Shown: piece after piece, positions 36,768-46,220 of the stretch
Numbering within the stretch: position 1 is the first letter of the stretch
How the letters are laid out: the number at the start of each line of letters is the position of its first letter
Assembly: GCA_001004905.1 (NCBI GenBank)
Contig: LCRY01000002.1
Location: 269,873-333,872, forward strand
Direction of reading: 5' to 3'
DNA length: 64,000 bases
DNA from: Parcubacteria group bacterium GW2011_GWA1_56_13
Lineage (GTDB): Bacteria > Patescibacteriota > Minisyncoccia > Phycocordibacterales > Phycocordibacteraceae
Position numbers and translations under genes: made by a program
Notes under the pieces: model-generated
What the model was told of the DNA's origin: nothing
Database searches by the model: none
What the model saw: the letters and a program-made list of their open reading frames with translations, nothing else

Positions 36768-36821
36768 GTGCGAAACATGCTAACACGCTCGAATATTATT
36801 TTCATCGGGCCACCGGGAATC

Positions 36822-36908
36822 GGTCACGGATAATTTTCTCGCCGTCGCTCGAAAATTTCCTCGACCCCGTCTCGCCGTTCGGCTTGCTAGCCGAACAGTG
36901 CTCCGACT
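36822..36908. repeat. ~88-nt structured direct repeat R1 (tRNA-linked)
   Basis: ~90% identical to R2 at 37233..37320; internal hairpin gttcggc-tagcaa-gccgaac. Confidence 0.7.
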
Positions 36909-36919
36909 TTCGATTCCTT

Positions 36920-36990
36920 TCGGGCTACCGGGAATCGAACCCGGACTGCATGACCCCCAGCCACGCGTACTACCACTATACGATAGCCCG
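36920..36990 (-). tRNA. tRNA-Pro (anticodon GGG)
   Basis: Cloverleaf: CGGGCTA (C1:G72), anticodon loop CTGGGGG, T-arm CCGGG-TTCGATT-CCCGG. Confidence 0.7.
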
Positions 36991-37142
36991 TTTTCGGAGA
37001 TGTTCTGTGTCGGGCCGCCGGAAATTGGTCACGCAGAATCCCGTGCTCGGGATTTGCGCGACCCCGCCTCGCGCCGTCGCGCTCCGGCCTTCAATTCCCG
37101 ACGACATGGCGCCCTCTTCGGGAGGTGTTCTCTGTCGGGCCG

Positions 37143-37213
37143 CCGGGAATTGAACCCGGTCTACACGCACCCGAAGCGTGCGTACTACCGGCATACTCCG
37201 GCCCGACACAGAA
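37143..37213 (-). tRNA. tRNA-Pro (anticodon CGG)
   Basis: Cloverleaf: CGGGCCG (C1:G72), anticodon stem CACGC/GCGTG, loop TTCGGGT. Confidence 0.8.
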
Positions 37214-37232
37214 CACCTCCTTGTGGTCACGG

Positions 37233-37320
37233 ATAATTTTCTCGCCGTCGCTCGAAAATTTCCGCGACCCCGCCTCGCGGTTCGGCCTACTGACCGAACA
37301 TCGCTCCGGCTCGCACAAGG
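37233..37320. repeat. ~88-nt structured direct repeat R2
   Basis: See R1. Preceded (minus sense) by a 15-bp perfect hairpin caaggggcacgagaa-gcatgt-ttctcgtgcccttg directly after tRNA-Val. Confidence 0.7.
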
Positions 37321-37350
37321 GCACGAGAAACATGCTTCTCGTGCCCCTTG

Positions 37351-37424
37351 TGCGCTCTGGAGGATTCGAACCTCCGACCTTTCGCGTGTGAAGCGAACGC
37401 TCTAACCAACTGAGCTAAGAGCGC
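37351..37424 (-). tRNA. tRNA-Val (anticodon CAC)
   Basis: Cloverleaf: GCGCTCT..., anticodon loop TTCACAC. Confidence 0.85.
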
Positions 37425-37577
37425 GATGCACGGCTTACCTTAGCAAGAAAAAGAAGCTCCTACAAATCACATGTACCCGCGAGGAGCGCGAAAAATATGA
37501 GTAAGGGAGTCCTGGTGCGCATGGCCATTGTGCGGCGCTTCATGATAGCAAAGAGGCCGTTTGTTATACTCCCTGCC

Positions 37578-38009
37578 ATGAACACAAACGCATGGGCGGT
37601 TCTCACCGTGCTGATTATCCTGGTCGGTCTCGGGATTTGGATCATCGCGCCGCAAATCGCCGGGCAGCCGGGCGGCCCCTCCGCTACGACAACGGCGACC
37701 GGCACGAGCACTTCCCCTACTTCGGCCGATAACGCGCCACCGGGGAGCATCCATAACCTGCCGGTGCCACAGGCGGTTTCCGCAGCGCGCGCTTACGCCG
37801 CCCGAGCGCTCGGCGTCTCCGAAGGGCTCGTCATCGTCATGACCGCGTATGAGAAAGAGTGGACGGATAGCTGTTTGGGCCTTGGCGGGCCGGCCGAGTC
37901 CTGCGCGCAGGTCATCACGCCGGGTTACGAGGTCACCGTTCAGGCGAACGGAAAACAGTACATGTACCGCACGAACGCGACCGGCGAAGTTATCCGTCAG
38001 GCAAAATAA
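37578..38009 (+). CDS. small secreted/membrane-anchored hypothetical protein; start at MNTNAWAV
   Basis: N-terminal TM helix; a TATACT -10 box lies 7 nt upstream of the ATG (leaderless-like). Confidence 0.45.
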   Translation: MNTNAWAVLTVLIILVGLGIWIIAPQIAGQPGGPSATTTATGTSTSPTSADNAPPGSIHNLPVPQAVSAARAYAARALGVSEGLVIVMTAYEKEWTDSCLGLGGPAESCAQVITPGYEVTVQANGKQYMYRTNATGEVIRQAK

Positions 38010-38016
38010 ACTTCAG

Positions 38017-38112
38017 TGGACCCGACCGGACTTGAACCGGTGACCCCTTCATTGCAAATGAGATGCTCTACAGCAAGGAGAGAGGCCGAAGGACTTACCA
38101 GCTGAGCTGGGG
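38017..38112 (-). pseudogene. decayed tRNA-Ala(TGC)-like copy with an insertion after the D-loop and no intact acceptor 5' strand
   Basis: ...GCTCAGCTGGTAAG-[27-nt insertion]-GTAGAGCATCTCATTTGCAATGAAGGGGTCACCGGTTCAAGTCCGGTCGGGTCCA. Confidence 0.55.
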
Positions 38113-38126
38113 ATTCAAAACTTGGG

Positions 38127-38199
38127 TGGACCTGACCGGTTTCGAACCGGTTACCTCCTCATTGCAAATGAGGCGCTCTACCAATTGAGCTACAGGCCC
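38127..38199 (-). tRNA. tRNA-Ala (anticodon TGC)
   Basis: Cloverleaf: GGGCCTG..G3:U70, anticodon loop TTTGCAA. Confidence 0.85.
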
Positions 38200-38260
38200 A
38201 CCCAAGTTTTCAATCTTATTTCTTGATCCTACAATATCATTTTCGGCCGATTATTTGAAG

Positions 38261-38854
38261 CTAATTCTTTCGGCTGATAAAATTGAGGTAATTTTTAGAA
38301 CGGGGCTTAAATTGCTCGAAGTACACGACGGAAAAACCGTGTTCGCGCAGCAGGTCCTCAACCTCTTTTTTTCGATAATAGCTAAACCAGCGCGGCAAAT
38401 GCACTCCTGAACTCTCCTTGTACTGCTCGACGTCACCCTCTATAAGCCCCAATCCGAACGTCCCTCCTTTCACGAGAACACGGGCCACCTCCGAGAGAGC
38501 CGCGCCAACGTTTGCCTTCGGCACATGCAATAAGGTGGTATACGACCACACGCCCCCGAAGCTTTCGCTCGGGAACGGCAGTACGCTGAAATCGCCCAGC
38601 ATGGAATTGAGACCTCTGGACGCTGACAAAGCGACCATCGCCTCGGAGGCGTCAAGACAAACGATGTCCAATCCTTTCTCTTTCAGAATAAGGCCGTCCC
38701 GCCCGGGGCCGCTTCCCACATCCAGCACCCGTCCGTTCGTCATGCGAGCGAACGTGTCTATAACCGTCCGCGGGAACAAATCCCAAAAGCCGGCGGTCTC
38801 GGCGTCATAGGCAAGTGCAGTGCGGTTATAGGTGTCGATCGTAACCTTATCCAT
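38261..38854 (-). CDS. class I SAM-dependent methyltransferase
   Basis: Motif I: VLDVGSGPGRD. Confidence 0.8.
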   Translation of the reverse strand: MDKVTIDTYNRTALAYDAETAGFWDLFPRTVIDTFARMTNGRVLDVGSGPGRDGLILKEKGLDIVCLDASEAMVALSASRGLNSMLGDFSVLPFPSESFGGVWSYTTLLHVPKANVGAALSEVARVLVKGGTFGLGLIEGDVEQYKESSGVHLPRWFSYYRKKEVEDLLREHGFSVVYFEQFKPRSKNYLNFISRKN

Positions 38855-38927
38855 GGCCGCAAACGTTCTGCATAGAAAGCAAGTATACCAGGATGGGATA
38901 CCGCGTGAGAAAATGAGTGACGGCAGA

Positions 38928-39374
38928 TTATCTTCGCAGATAGGCGGTCATGGAGAACGTCGTGCTACCGATCGTAAGCAGCGCCCGTATTCCTTCCGGT
39001 CCCGGTCCCGCGGCAGGGATACCCGTAAACGTGAGATCACTCACGAACACGTTGCTGCTCGTAAGCGGAAGGAAATCGCCGTCTTCTTTCATTTCCACCT
39101 TGGTTCCGTTCAGCTTCACGTTCACGGTCGCGCCGCCATATCTTGTTACGACGAGCTCGTGAGCGTCCGGGATGCTGAAACCGGATGCCGAAGAAAGCGC
39201 CCACCCTATCTTTCGCATGACAAAATCCCCTTCTTCACGCGCGACGGCCATCGCGCTGATGCGCCCGGAACTTCCGGTGAGGTGGTACGCCATAGCCACC
39301 GCGCCGCCGATGATGAACGCGAGGAGCGCGATGTACAGCATGGTCTCTACGAGCGTGAATCCTCGCATATTCAT
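38928..39374 (-). CDS. prepilin-type N-terminal cleavage/methylation domain protein (type IV pilin / pseudopilin)
   Basis: MNMRGFTLVETMLYIALLAF (G/FTLxE class III signal). Confidence 0.85.
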   Translation of the reverse strand: MNMRGFTLVETMLYIALLAFIIGGAVAMAYHLTGSSGRISAMAVAREEGDFVMRKIGWALSSASGFSIPDAHELVVTRYGGATVNVKLNGTKVEMKEDGDFLPLTSSNVFVSDLTFTGIPAAGPGPEGIRALLTIGSTTFSMTAYLRR

Positions 39375-40810
39375 GGAGTGGTAATGACCGATAGTGAACC
39401 ATTGTTGCCCGCATCGTTCGACGCGGCATAGAATGCGTTCCCTTCGCAGTCCATGGACGGTTCGTAGGCACTGCCGCTTGCAGGCAGGGCGACGGAAGAC
39501 AGTTGGGCGGTGCTTGTCGCGCTCACGACCGTGAAAGCCGCGTTTGTCAGGACAAAAGAAAGGAAATCGCGCGTGACGAGCCCGTTTATGCTGCTGCCCG
39601 TTTCCTTGGTGAGCGGGTCCGCGTTCGCACTCTGGATGGCCGAGGGATCCGCTATGTTGAGTTTGTAGTATTCAGGCCCCGCATTCGGTGCGGTCTTCCC
39701 GAGAAAAAGGGACGTACCGATCGCGTACAAGCTCTTGCCATTGCCGCCTCCGACGGGCGCGTTGAATCCCGCGACATACTGCGGAGATGCGGGAACCGCG
39801 ATATTCAGAACCGTGACCTCTTGCGCCGCCGGCGACGCTACGTAGGCGTAATGCCCGCTGATGGCGATGGCATTCACGTCGTGTCCGCCCGAAGCATAGC
39901 CGCCGACCCACACGGGAGCGGAAGGGTCCTGTACGTTGATGATGTCGAACTCGTCGCCGCTGGTGGAAGTGAGACCGAGATAGACGTACCCATCGCGGTA
40001 CGCAAGCGCATTGCCGAGGCCCGCAGAGGGGACATGCGTGAGCGGTATTTTGTAAGTCACCAAAACACGAGGGCGTGCCGCACCCGTTACGTCGAATACT
40101 TGCAGCTGGCCGCTCGCAAAACTGCTCGCGCTTGCGGCAAACGCGTATACGACGCTGGCCGCACGGTCTTCGACAATGCGGACGGCGGCAAGGCCGCCGG
40201 TATTCGCCGGCGCATTATCGAGTGTGCCGAGCAACACCGGATGAGCGGGGTCGGCTATGTCGAAAATGAAAAATGTCGGGTCCGTTTTGTACGGCGTGCG
40301 CGCAACCGACACGTAGAGTTTCCCGCGATACGCATTGACGTCGCTTATCGGGTACGGCCCCGTGCTCGTCGCGATGAGGTCCAAAAACGGAACGCTGGTG
40401 AGGGCGGGGCGTGTCCAATCGCCGGTGACGATGGAGCTGCATGTGTCGTCGGAGAGCGAGCGCGAGTCGGTCAGTATGGTGGCGAGCTCGACGGAGAACG
40501 GGCGTCCCGCGCTTTCCCACGTCACCGTGCTCGTCGCCTGCTTGGTAAAAAAGTCGCTCTGCGATACTGCGACCGATGCGTTGTAGACGAGTGGCCCCGC
40601 CTCCACGACCGTCGTGGTTGAATTTGCCAGGCGGAAATCCTGCCGCGCGAGCGCCCTCTCTTCTTCGAGCATTTTTTGAGCGAGGGAGAGCGCGGGACCG
40701 CTCGCTTCGGCGTCAACGATGAGTGCTTCGTCTCCGAACGCAAGCAGAATGATCGCTGCAAGGCAAAGCGTGAAGACACCGAACGCGATCAGCATCTCTA
40801 ATGTCGACAT
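39371..40810 (-). CDS. pilin-like N-terminal helix plus beta-propeller (LVIVD-like repeats) protein; putative pilus-associated protein
   Basis: MSTLEMLIAFGVFTLCLAAIILLAF; repeated YAYVA / YVYLG strands. Confidence 0.45.
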   Translation of the reverse strand: MSTLEMLIAFGVFTLCLAAIILLAFGDEALIVDAEASGPALSLAQKMLEEERALARQDFRLANSTTTVVEAGPLVYNASVAVSQSDFFTKQATSTVTWESAGRPFSVELATILTDSRSLSDDTCSSIVTGDWTRPALTSVPFLDLIATSTGPYPISDVNAYRGKLYVSVARTPYKTDPTFFIFDIADPAHPVLLGTLDNAPANTGGLAAVRIVEDRAASVVYAFAASASSFASGQLQVFDVTGAARPRVLVTYKIPLTHVPSAGLGNALAYRDGYVYLGLTSTSGDEFDIINVQDPSAPVWVGGYASGGHDVNAIAISGHYAYVASPAAQEVTVLNIAVPASPQYVAGFNAPVGGGNGKSLYAIGTSLFLGKTAPNAGPEYYKLNIADPSAIQSANADPLTKETGSSINGLVTRDFLSFVLTNAAFTVVSATSTAQLSSVALPASGSAYEPSMDCEGNAFYAASNDAGNNGSLSVITTP

Positions 40811-40859
40811 GCGCGCGAATGGACGCCCATCGGGCCATTGTAACGCGGTACCGTTCGCG

Positions 40860-41921
40860 TTATTGATACTGGATATAGATGGGCGCGGGAGTGAGTTTGA
40901 GGACTTCGGCGGGGGTCAGTAGGCCGGTCGAGGGTGGTTTAATATCGTTCTTGTAAAAAAGCTTGATGCCCGTGAACTGCACCGGCTCGGGTGCCACGAC
41001 CCTGTTGTACGTCCCGTACTTCTTCTCCTTCGAGCCGAAACCGTCCATGTCTATCACGATCTGGACCTCCGGCAGAGGCGTTATCTTCTTGTAGTTCGTC
41101 ACCATCGCGGAAGTGAAGCGGTGCACGACGAGTATCTTCGGCGGCAGATGATATTGCGTTACCAGCTCCGCGAGATAGCGCGCGGCGTAGTTCACGTCGG
41201 CCGCGTCGAATGTGCCGATGACCGTTCCGGGCGGGTTGCCGTATTTCATCGAGAATTCCGGGTCGATGGCCAGATGCACCTGCGGCATCCGGAGATACTT
41301 CTCCAAAAGCGGCAGTTCGCGTTCAAGCGAACTCATTCCCACCTGTATATCGAGGAAGACGATGCCATGTATCCGTCGTGCCAGGTCAAGTGCGTGGTCG
41401 ATCTGGTCGTCCGGCATCCGGAGAATATAGTTCCCTTCCCTGCCCGCGCTCGCCTGCGCGACCACCGCGATGTAGTGGATAGCGGGTATGGTCGGCGTCG
41501 CGGGGTCGGCGGCGGCCCACATCTCGCTTGTCGAAGAAAGCCTTGCAAGTACGATGTCTTCCGGATATTCCCCGAGCACTCCCATGCCTCTTGAATAAAA
41601 GTTCCCGTAGTAGGCGACGACGCGTTTGAAAGGCAGAATGGCCCCCGCGTTCGGATACACCGTTTTCACCGGCCAGAGAAACGGTGTGGAGGAAGCGGCT
41701 GGCGCTTTGCCGGTGAATACTGCCGCGGTCGTGGTGCCGGCGTGCGCGAGCGCGAGAAGCCGCGCGTCGTACTCGGCGGTGTCCAGGGTCGGCAACGGGA
41801 AAAAACGTTCGGTGACCTGCGAACGGTACTCGCTTGAAGCGAGCGGCGAGAAACCGAACGCATAGACGAGTGCGAGCGCGCCGACACCCGCCCCCGCCGT
41901 TCGCCACAGTACTACGGACAT
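40860..41921 (-). CDS. hypothetical secreted protein
   Basis: N-terminal signal/TM; no confident family assignment. Confidence 0.4.
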   Translation of the reverse strand: MSVVLWRTAGAGVGALALVYAFGFSPLASSEYRSQVTERFFPLPTLDTAEYDARLLALAHAGTTTAAVFTGKAPAASSTPFLWPVKTVYPNAGAILPFKRVVAYYGNFYSRGMGVLGEYPEDIVLARLSSTSEMWAAADPATPTIPAIHYIAVVAQASAGREGNYILRMPDDQIDHALDLARRIHGIVFLDIQVGMSSLERELPLLEKYLRMPQVHLAIDPEFSMKYGNPPGTVIGTFDAADVNYAARYLAELVTQYHLPPKILVVHRFTSAMVTNYKKITPLPEVQIVIDMDGFGSKEKKYGTYNRVVAPEPVQFTGIKLFYKNDIKPPSTGLLTPAEVLKLTPAPIYIQYQ

Positions 41922-41975
41922 GATGGACCTATTTTAGCGGAAATGCCGCGAAAATGCTAAATAACGGCGTCCGAA

Positions 41976-43226
41976 CTATTCGTATCGCAGGGCGTCGATC
42001 GGATTCTTTCGAGCGGCCTGGCGGGCCGGATACAGGCCGAACGCGATCCCTGCGATGCCCGACACCGCGAGTCCGAGGACAACGGAAGAAAGGGGGAAGG
42101 CGAAGACCCAGCCGATCGAGGGGAAAAACGTCGTGAGAACGAAATACGCCAGGCCAACTACGCCGGCGCCAAGGGCGATGCCGATGATGCCACCGGCGAA
42201 CGTGAGCAGGACCGACTCGATGAGAAATTGCTGCAGAATATCGCCATTGGTCGCGCCAACCGCTTTGCGGAGCCCTATCTCGCGCGTGCGTTCCGTAACG
42301 GCGACCAGCATGATGTTCATGATGCCGATGCCGCCGACGATGAGCGAGATGGATGCTATCGCAGCGAGAAAAAGGGTGAGGACGGAAGTGATGTTGCCGA
42401 GGAGCGAGAGAACGTCTTCCTGGGTCCGTATGTCGAAATCGTCCTTGTTCGGGTTCGTGATGCCGTGATTCTGGCGCAGTACGGAAGTGATGCGTGCTTT
42501 CACGAAGTCCACGTCGTACGCCGCGTCGCCCTCGACGATGATATCGTTGAAATAGGTGATGCCGAGGAGCTGTTTCTGCGCGACCGAGATCGGCATGATG
42601 ACCAGATTGCCCTGGTCAACGCCGAAGGGCCCGCTTCCCCCCTTGCTCAAGACCCCCACGACGCGGAACGACACGTCTTTGAGCCGCACCGTTTTGTTGA
42701 CGGGCGAGACGGTAGTGCCGAATAGCGTCTCCGCGAGCTCGGGACCGAGCACGACGATATGGTTCCCCGAACTGATATCTCCCGCCGAGAGGCGTTGACC
42801 AACTTTCACATCGAGATTCCTGATGGAGAAGAAATCGGACGTCACTCCCTGGTAGCCCACGGTGGCGCTGTTGTTTCCGTATACCACTTCGGCTTGTCCG
42901 CGCACTTCCCCCGCGGCACCGCTTATCGACGGCTCGCGCTTGAGCGTATCAATGTCCCTTTGCACCAAACTGGTGATGATGATGCCCTGAGAGGACGCGG
43001 GCGGCGCGAATTTCCCGTTCGCGGGCGCGCCCGGTATCACGATGATAAGGTTCGATCCGATGCCCTGCACCTGGTTGAGGATGATGTCCTGAGCCGATCG
43101 ACCGATGGACATCAGGATGATGACGGACGCGATGCCGATGACGATGCCGAGCATCGTGAGTATCGAGCGCATCTTGCCGTGCGCCAAACTGCGGGTAGCG
43201 GTTTTGAAAGCGTCTCGTACCAGCAT
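41976..43226 (-). CDS. ABC transporter permease, FtsX/MacB family
   Basis: MacB-like periplasmic domain plus four FtsX TM helices. Confidence 0.9.
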   Translation of the reverse strand: MLVRDAFKTATRSLAHGKMRSILTMLGIVIGIASVIILMSIGRSAQDIILNQVQGIGSNLIIVIPGAPANGKFAPPASSQGIIITSLVQRDIDTLKREPSISGAAGEVRGQAEVVYGNNSATVGYQGVTSDFFSIRNLDVKVGQRLSAGDISSGNHIVVLGPELAETLFGTTVSPVNKTVRLKDVSFRVVGVLSKGGSGPFGVDQGNLVIMPISVAQKQLLGITYFNDIIVEGDAAYDVDFVKARITSVLRQNHGITNPNKDDFDIRTQEDVLSLLGNITSVLTLFLAAIASISLIVGGIGIMNIMLVAVTERTREIGLRKAVGATNGDILQQFLIESVLLTFAGGIIGIALGAGVVGLAYFVLTTFFPSIGWVFAFPLSSVVLGLAVSGIAGIAFGLYPARQAARKNPIDALRYE

Positions 43227-43228
43227 AT

Positions 43229-43936
43229 TTATTTCAGCGTCCCGCGCCGAAGGCGGTCCGCGGTGATTGGATTATCGCTTTCCACCATCCCGTCCTTCAC
43301 CCGGATGATGCGGTCCGCGAACTCCGCGGTTTGGGTTTCGTGCGTCACGAGGACGACCGTCCGCCCCTTTCTGTTGAGTGACGCGAGTATCTCCATGACC
43401 TGCAGGCCCGACTGCGAATCGAGATTGCCGGTCGGTTCGTCCGCGAAAATGACGTTCGGGTCGGTCACCAGGGCGCGGGCGATGGCGACGCGCTGTTTCT
43501 GGCCGCCGGAAAGTTTGCCGGCCTCCGTATACAGTTTTTCTTCAAGACCGACGGAGCGGACGGCTTCCTCGACCAAGGTGCGGCGCTTCTGCGCCGGAAT
43601 GGTGGAATATAGAAGCGGTATCTCGACGTTGTCATAGACGGTCAGGCGGGAGAGCAGATTGAACGATTGGAACACGAACCCCATGTCTTTGTTGCGGACC
43701 TGTGCGAGCTCCCGGTCGGTCATGTCGTCAATACTGCGGCCCAGAAAGGTGTACGAGCCGCCCGTCGGACGGTCAAGGAAGCTTAGAATATGGAGAAGCG
43801 TGGATTTGCCCGAACCGGAAGGCCCCATGACGGAAACGAATTCTCCTTTTTCAATGGAGAACGTCATGCCGCGCAGCGCCCGCGTCGGCGTCTCTTCTTC
43901 CGGATATTCCTTCTGCAGGTCCCGTATCTCTATCAT
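43229..43936 (-). CDS. ABC transporter ATP-binding protein (MacB/LolD-type)
   Basis: Walker A GPSGSGKST, signature LSGGQKQR, Walker B. Confidence 0.95.
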   Translation of the reverse strand: MIEIRDLQKEYPEEETPTRALRGMTFSIEKGEFVSVMGPSGSGKSTLLHILSFLDRPTGGSYTFLGRSIDDMTDRELAQVRNKDMGFVFQSFNLLSRLTVYDNVEIPLLYSTIPAQKRRTLVEEAVRSVGLEEKLYTEAGKLSGGQKQRVAIARALVTDPNVIFADEPTGNLDSQSGLQVMEILASLNRKGRTVVLVTHETQTAEFADRIIRVKDGMVESDNPITADRLRRGTLK

Positions 43937-45360
43937 TGCGACTTGAGTCCGATATTGAGCACCTCTTCCCCGAACCCGACGCCGGAAAGCACTTCCACGT
44001 TCCCGTTCTGGTCCTGGATGCCGAGCACGACGGGATGCTTCTTCACCTCCTTATCTTCAAGCGTTTCGACGAACGTCCCTTCATCGTTCTGAAGGATGGC
44101 GTATTGCGGAAGGATGAGTGCGTCGTTTTTGTGATCTGTCTCTATATCGATATTCGCGGTGAGTCCGCTCTTGAGACGCGGATCGTTCCTGTCGAAGGAA
44201 ATTTTCACCTCGTAGCTCACGACGCCCTGCGTGTTCGTCTCCGCCGGCGCGATGTAAAAGACCTTTCCGGAGAATGTCTCATTGGGGAATGCGTCCAGTG
44301 TCATCATTACCTTGTCCCCCATCATGATCTTTCCTATATCCGTCTCGGACGCACCGGCGTCCACTTCGAAGCCGCCGGTGCCGATGATGGAAACAAGCGG
44401 TGTGCCGGGCGCGGCGAACTGGCCGACCTTCGCGTCCTGCTTCGTGATGATGCCGCTCATGGGCGCGACGATGCGTGTGCCCTGAAAATTCGCCTCCGCA
44501 GCGGCGACGCCGGCCTGCGCCTGCTCGACGCTCGCATCGGCGACCGACGTCGCCTTGGAGCTGTTCGTTCGGTACGTGTCGCGGGCGGTCGAAAGCGTGG
44601 CGAGGAGCGTCGTCACGCTCGAGCGCGCCGTCGCAAGGTCGGTGAGTTGGGCCGCCGTGGCGCCCGAATTGATGTCGGTTGCCGCGACGGCGAGCTTGTC
44701 GAGGAACGTATTCACTTCCTCGGTGACGACGCTCGCCGCATCAAGAAGCGCGAGCGGGTCGGTCGAGCCCGCATTCGGAAGGGCGTCCGTATAGTCGTTC
44801 ATCCGCGCGGCAATGACAGCTCGGTCGCGCGACAATTCGCCAAAGGCATACATGGGCGCGGCGATGAGCAGCTGCGGGCCGTAGGCGCCCGAACTGCCGA
44901 AGAACACATCTACGTCGTTCTCAAGCGCGGTATCGAGCGTCGTGTAGGCGGAAAGATAGGCATTGCGCGCCACCCTCTCGGTTTCGGCAAGCGAAGTCGA
45001 AGAGCGCGATGCGAGCGCGGAATCATACGCGGCTTGTGCCTGCTGGAGCGCCGCATACAAATTCGCCGTATTCAGCACGGCGATGACTTCTCCCGCGCCC
45101 ACCGATTCGCCGAGCCCGCGATACACGCGCGCGATGGTGCCGGCGTTCTGGAATCCGAGCGACACGCTCTGCGTCGGCGCCGTATTCCCCGTGAGCGAAA
45201 CCGTTTCGGTGATGGCTCCGCGTTCCACCGTTATGAATTGATAGTCGGGAGCGTGGCGAAAAAAAGTGAAGTACGCGCCCGTGATGAGGATGAGCGCGCC
45301 TGCTATGCCGAGCGCTATCTTGGACCGCATGAGATCTTGCAAGGCGGAAGGGAGCGCCAT
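43933..45360 (-). CDS. efflux periplasmic adaptor (HlyD/MacA-family membrane fusion protein)
   Basis: N-terminal TM, coiled-coil and beta-barrel domains; its stop overlaps the start of the ABC transporter ATP-binding protein gene (43229..43936). Confidence 0.85.
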   Translation of the reverse strand: MALPSALQDLMRSKIALGIAGALILITGAYFTFFRHAPDYQFITVERGAITETVSLTGNTAPTQSVSLGFQNAGTIARVYRGLGESVGAGEVIAVLNTANLYAALQQAQAAYDSALASRSSTSLAETERVARNAYLSAYTTLDTALENDVDVFFGSSGAYGPQLLIAAPMYAFGELSRDRAVIAARMNDYTDALPNAGSTDPLALLDAASVVTEEVNTFLDKLAVAATDINSGATAAQLTDLATARSSVTTLLATLSTARDTYRTNSSKATSVADASVEQAQAGVAAAEANFQGTRIVAPMSGIITKQDAKVGQFAAPGTPLVSIIGTGGFEVDAGASETDIGKIMMGDKVMMTLDAFPNETFSGKVFYIAPAETNTQGVVSYEVKISFDRNDPRLKSGLTANIDIETDHKNDALILPQYAILQNDEGTFVETLEDKEVKKHPVVLGIQDQNGNVEVLSGVGFGEEVLNIGLKSQ

Positions 45361-45429
45361 AATGCGGAATATTTTATCAGATTATGACGCGAGAGTCAAA
45401 ATTACCTTATCGGGCGGCAGTCCCGTTCT

Positions 45430-46065
45430 CTATTCCTCGTCAGGAAGTATCGGGATCTTCTCTCCCTCATACATCGGCCTCCGGTGCGTGAGGAGGTCGA
45501 ACGCGGCCTTTTCATTCGCGAACACTTCGCGGACGTAGTTGCTGAAGAGGATATGGCCGACATCGGTGTTCACGCCGTACGCTTCCATCCCGAGGCGGCG
45601 CGCAATGAAGATGGCGCGCGGCAGATGGAACGACTGGCTTGCGATGAGAACGGACGAGACGCCGAATATCTCCCGCGCGCGGTACATGGTGCTGTAGGTG
45701 TCGAAGCCCGCGTGGTCGAGGAAAATGTCTTTGTCGGGAATCCCATTCTGAAGCAGGTAGTCGCGGACTGGGTCGACTTCATTGTGGCCCGCCGTTCCGT
45801 TGTCTCCCGACACCAGTATTTTCGGCGCCTTGCCGCGCGTATAGAGCTCGATGGCCGTGTTCACGCGGTCTATAAATACGGGCGCGGGCGCGCCGCTCGG
45901 AAGCACGGGCGCGCCCGGAATGAGTATCACACCGGCGTGCGGTGCGGCCGCCGCGTCGTTATAGAGATACGGCCGCGCCTCGCCGTACACGGCCGCGTTG
46001 ACGGCGAGAATAAGCAGCAGCAACGACCCGAGGCCGAGTGCGGCGAAGGAAGCGAGGCGTTTCAT
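45430..46065 (-). CDS. SanA/YdcF (DUF218) family protein
   Basis: Family-level similarity. Confidence 0.7.
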   Translation of the reverse strand: MKRLASFAALGLGSLLLLILAVNAAVYGEARPYLYNDAAAAPHAGVILIPGAPVLPSGAPAPVFIDRVNTAIELYTRGKAPKILVSGDNGTAGHNEVDPVRDYLLQNGIPDKDIFLDHAGFDTYSTMYRAREIFGVSSVLIASQSFHLPRAIFIARRLGMEAYGVNTDVGHILFSNYVREVFANEKAAFDLLTHRRPMYEGEKIPILPDEE

Positions 46066-46220
46066 CCCGCTAGTATACGCATTTTCCCGGCTGCGGCACC
46101 GGTAAGAAGGGGGTGGGCGTTCCGTCGCCTTGTGTAGAGGTCTGGTTGGGTACGCCCGCGCCGGCCTTGAGGCGGTGCTGCATGCTGCACATTGCCCTTT
46201 ACGAGCTAAATAAAGGAATA

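Noticed and set aside
39503-40621. 372-aa + strand ORF
   Set aside because: Antisense to the pilin-like beta-propeller gene; Arg-rich.
43936-45387. 483-aa + strand ORF
   Set aside because: Antisense to the membrane-fusion-protein gene; Arg-rich, no domain features.
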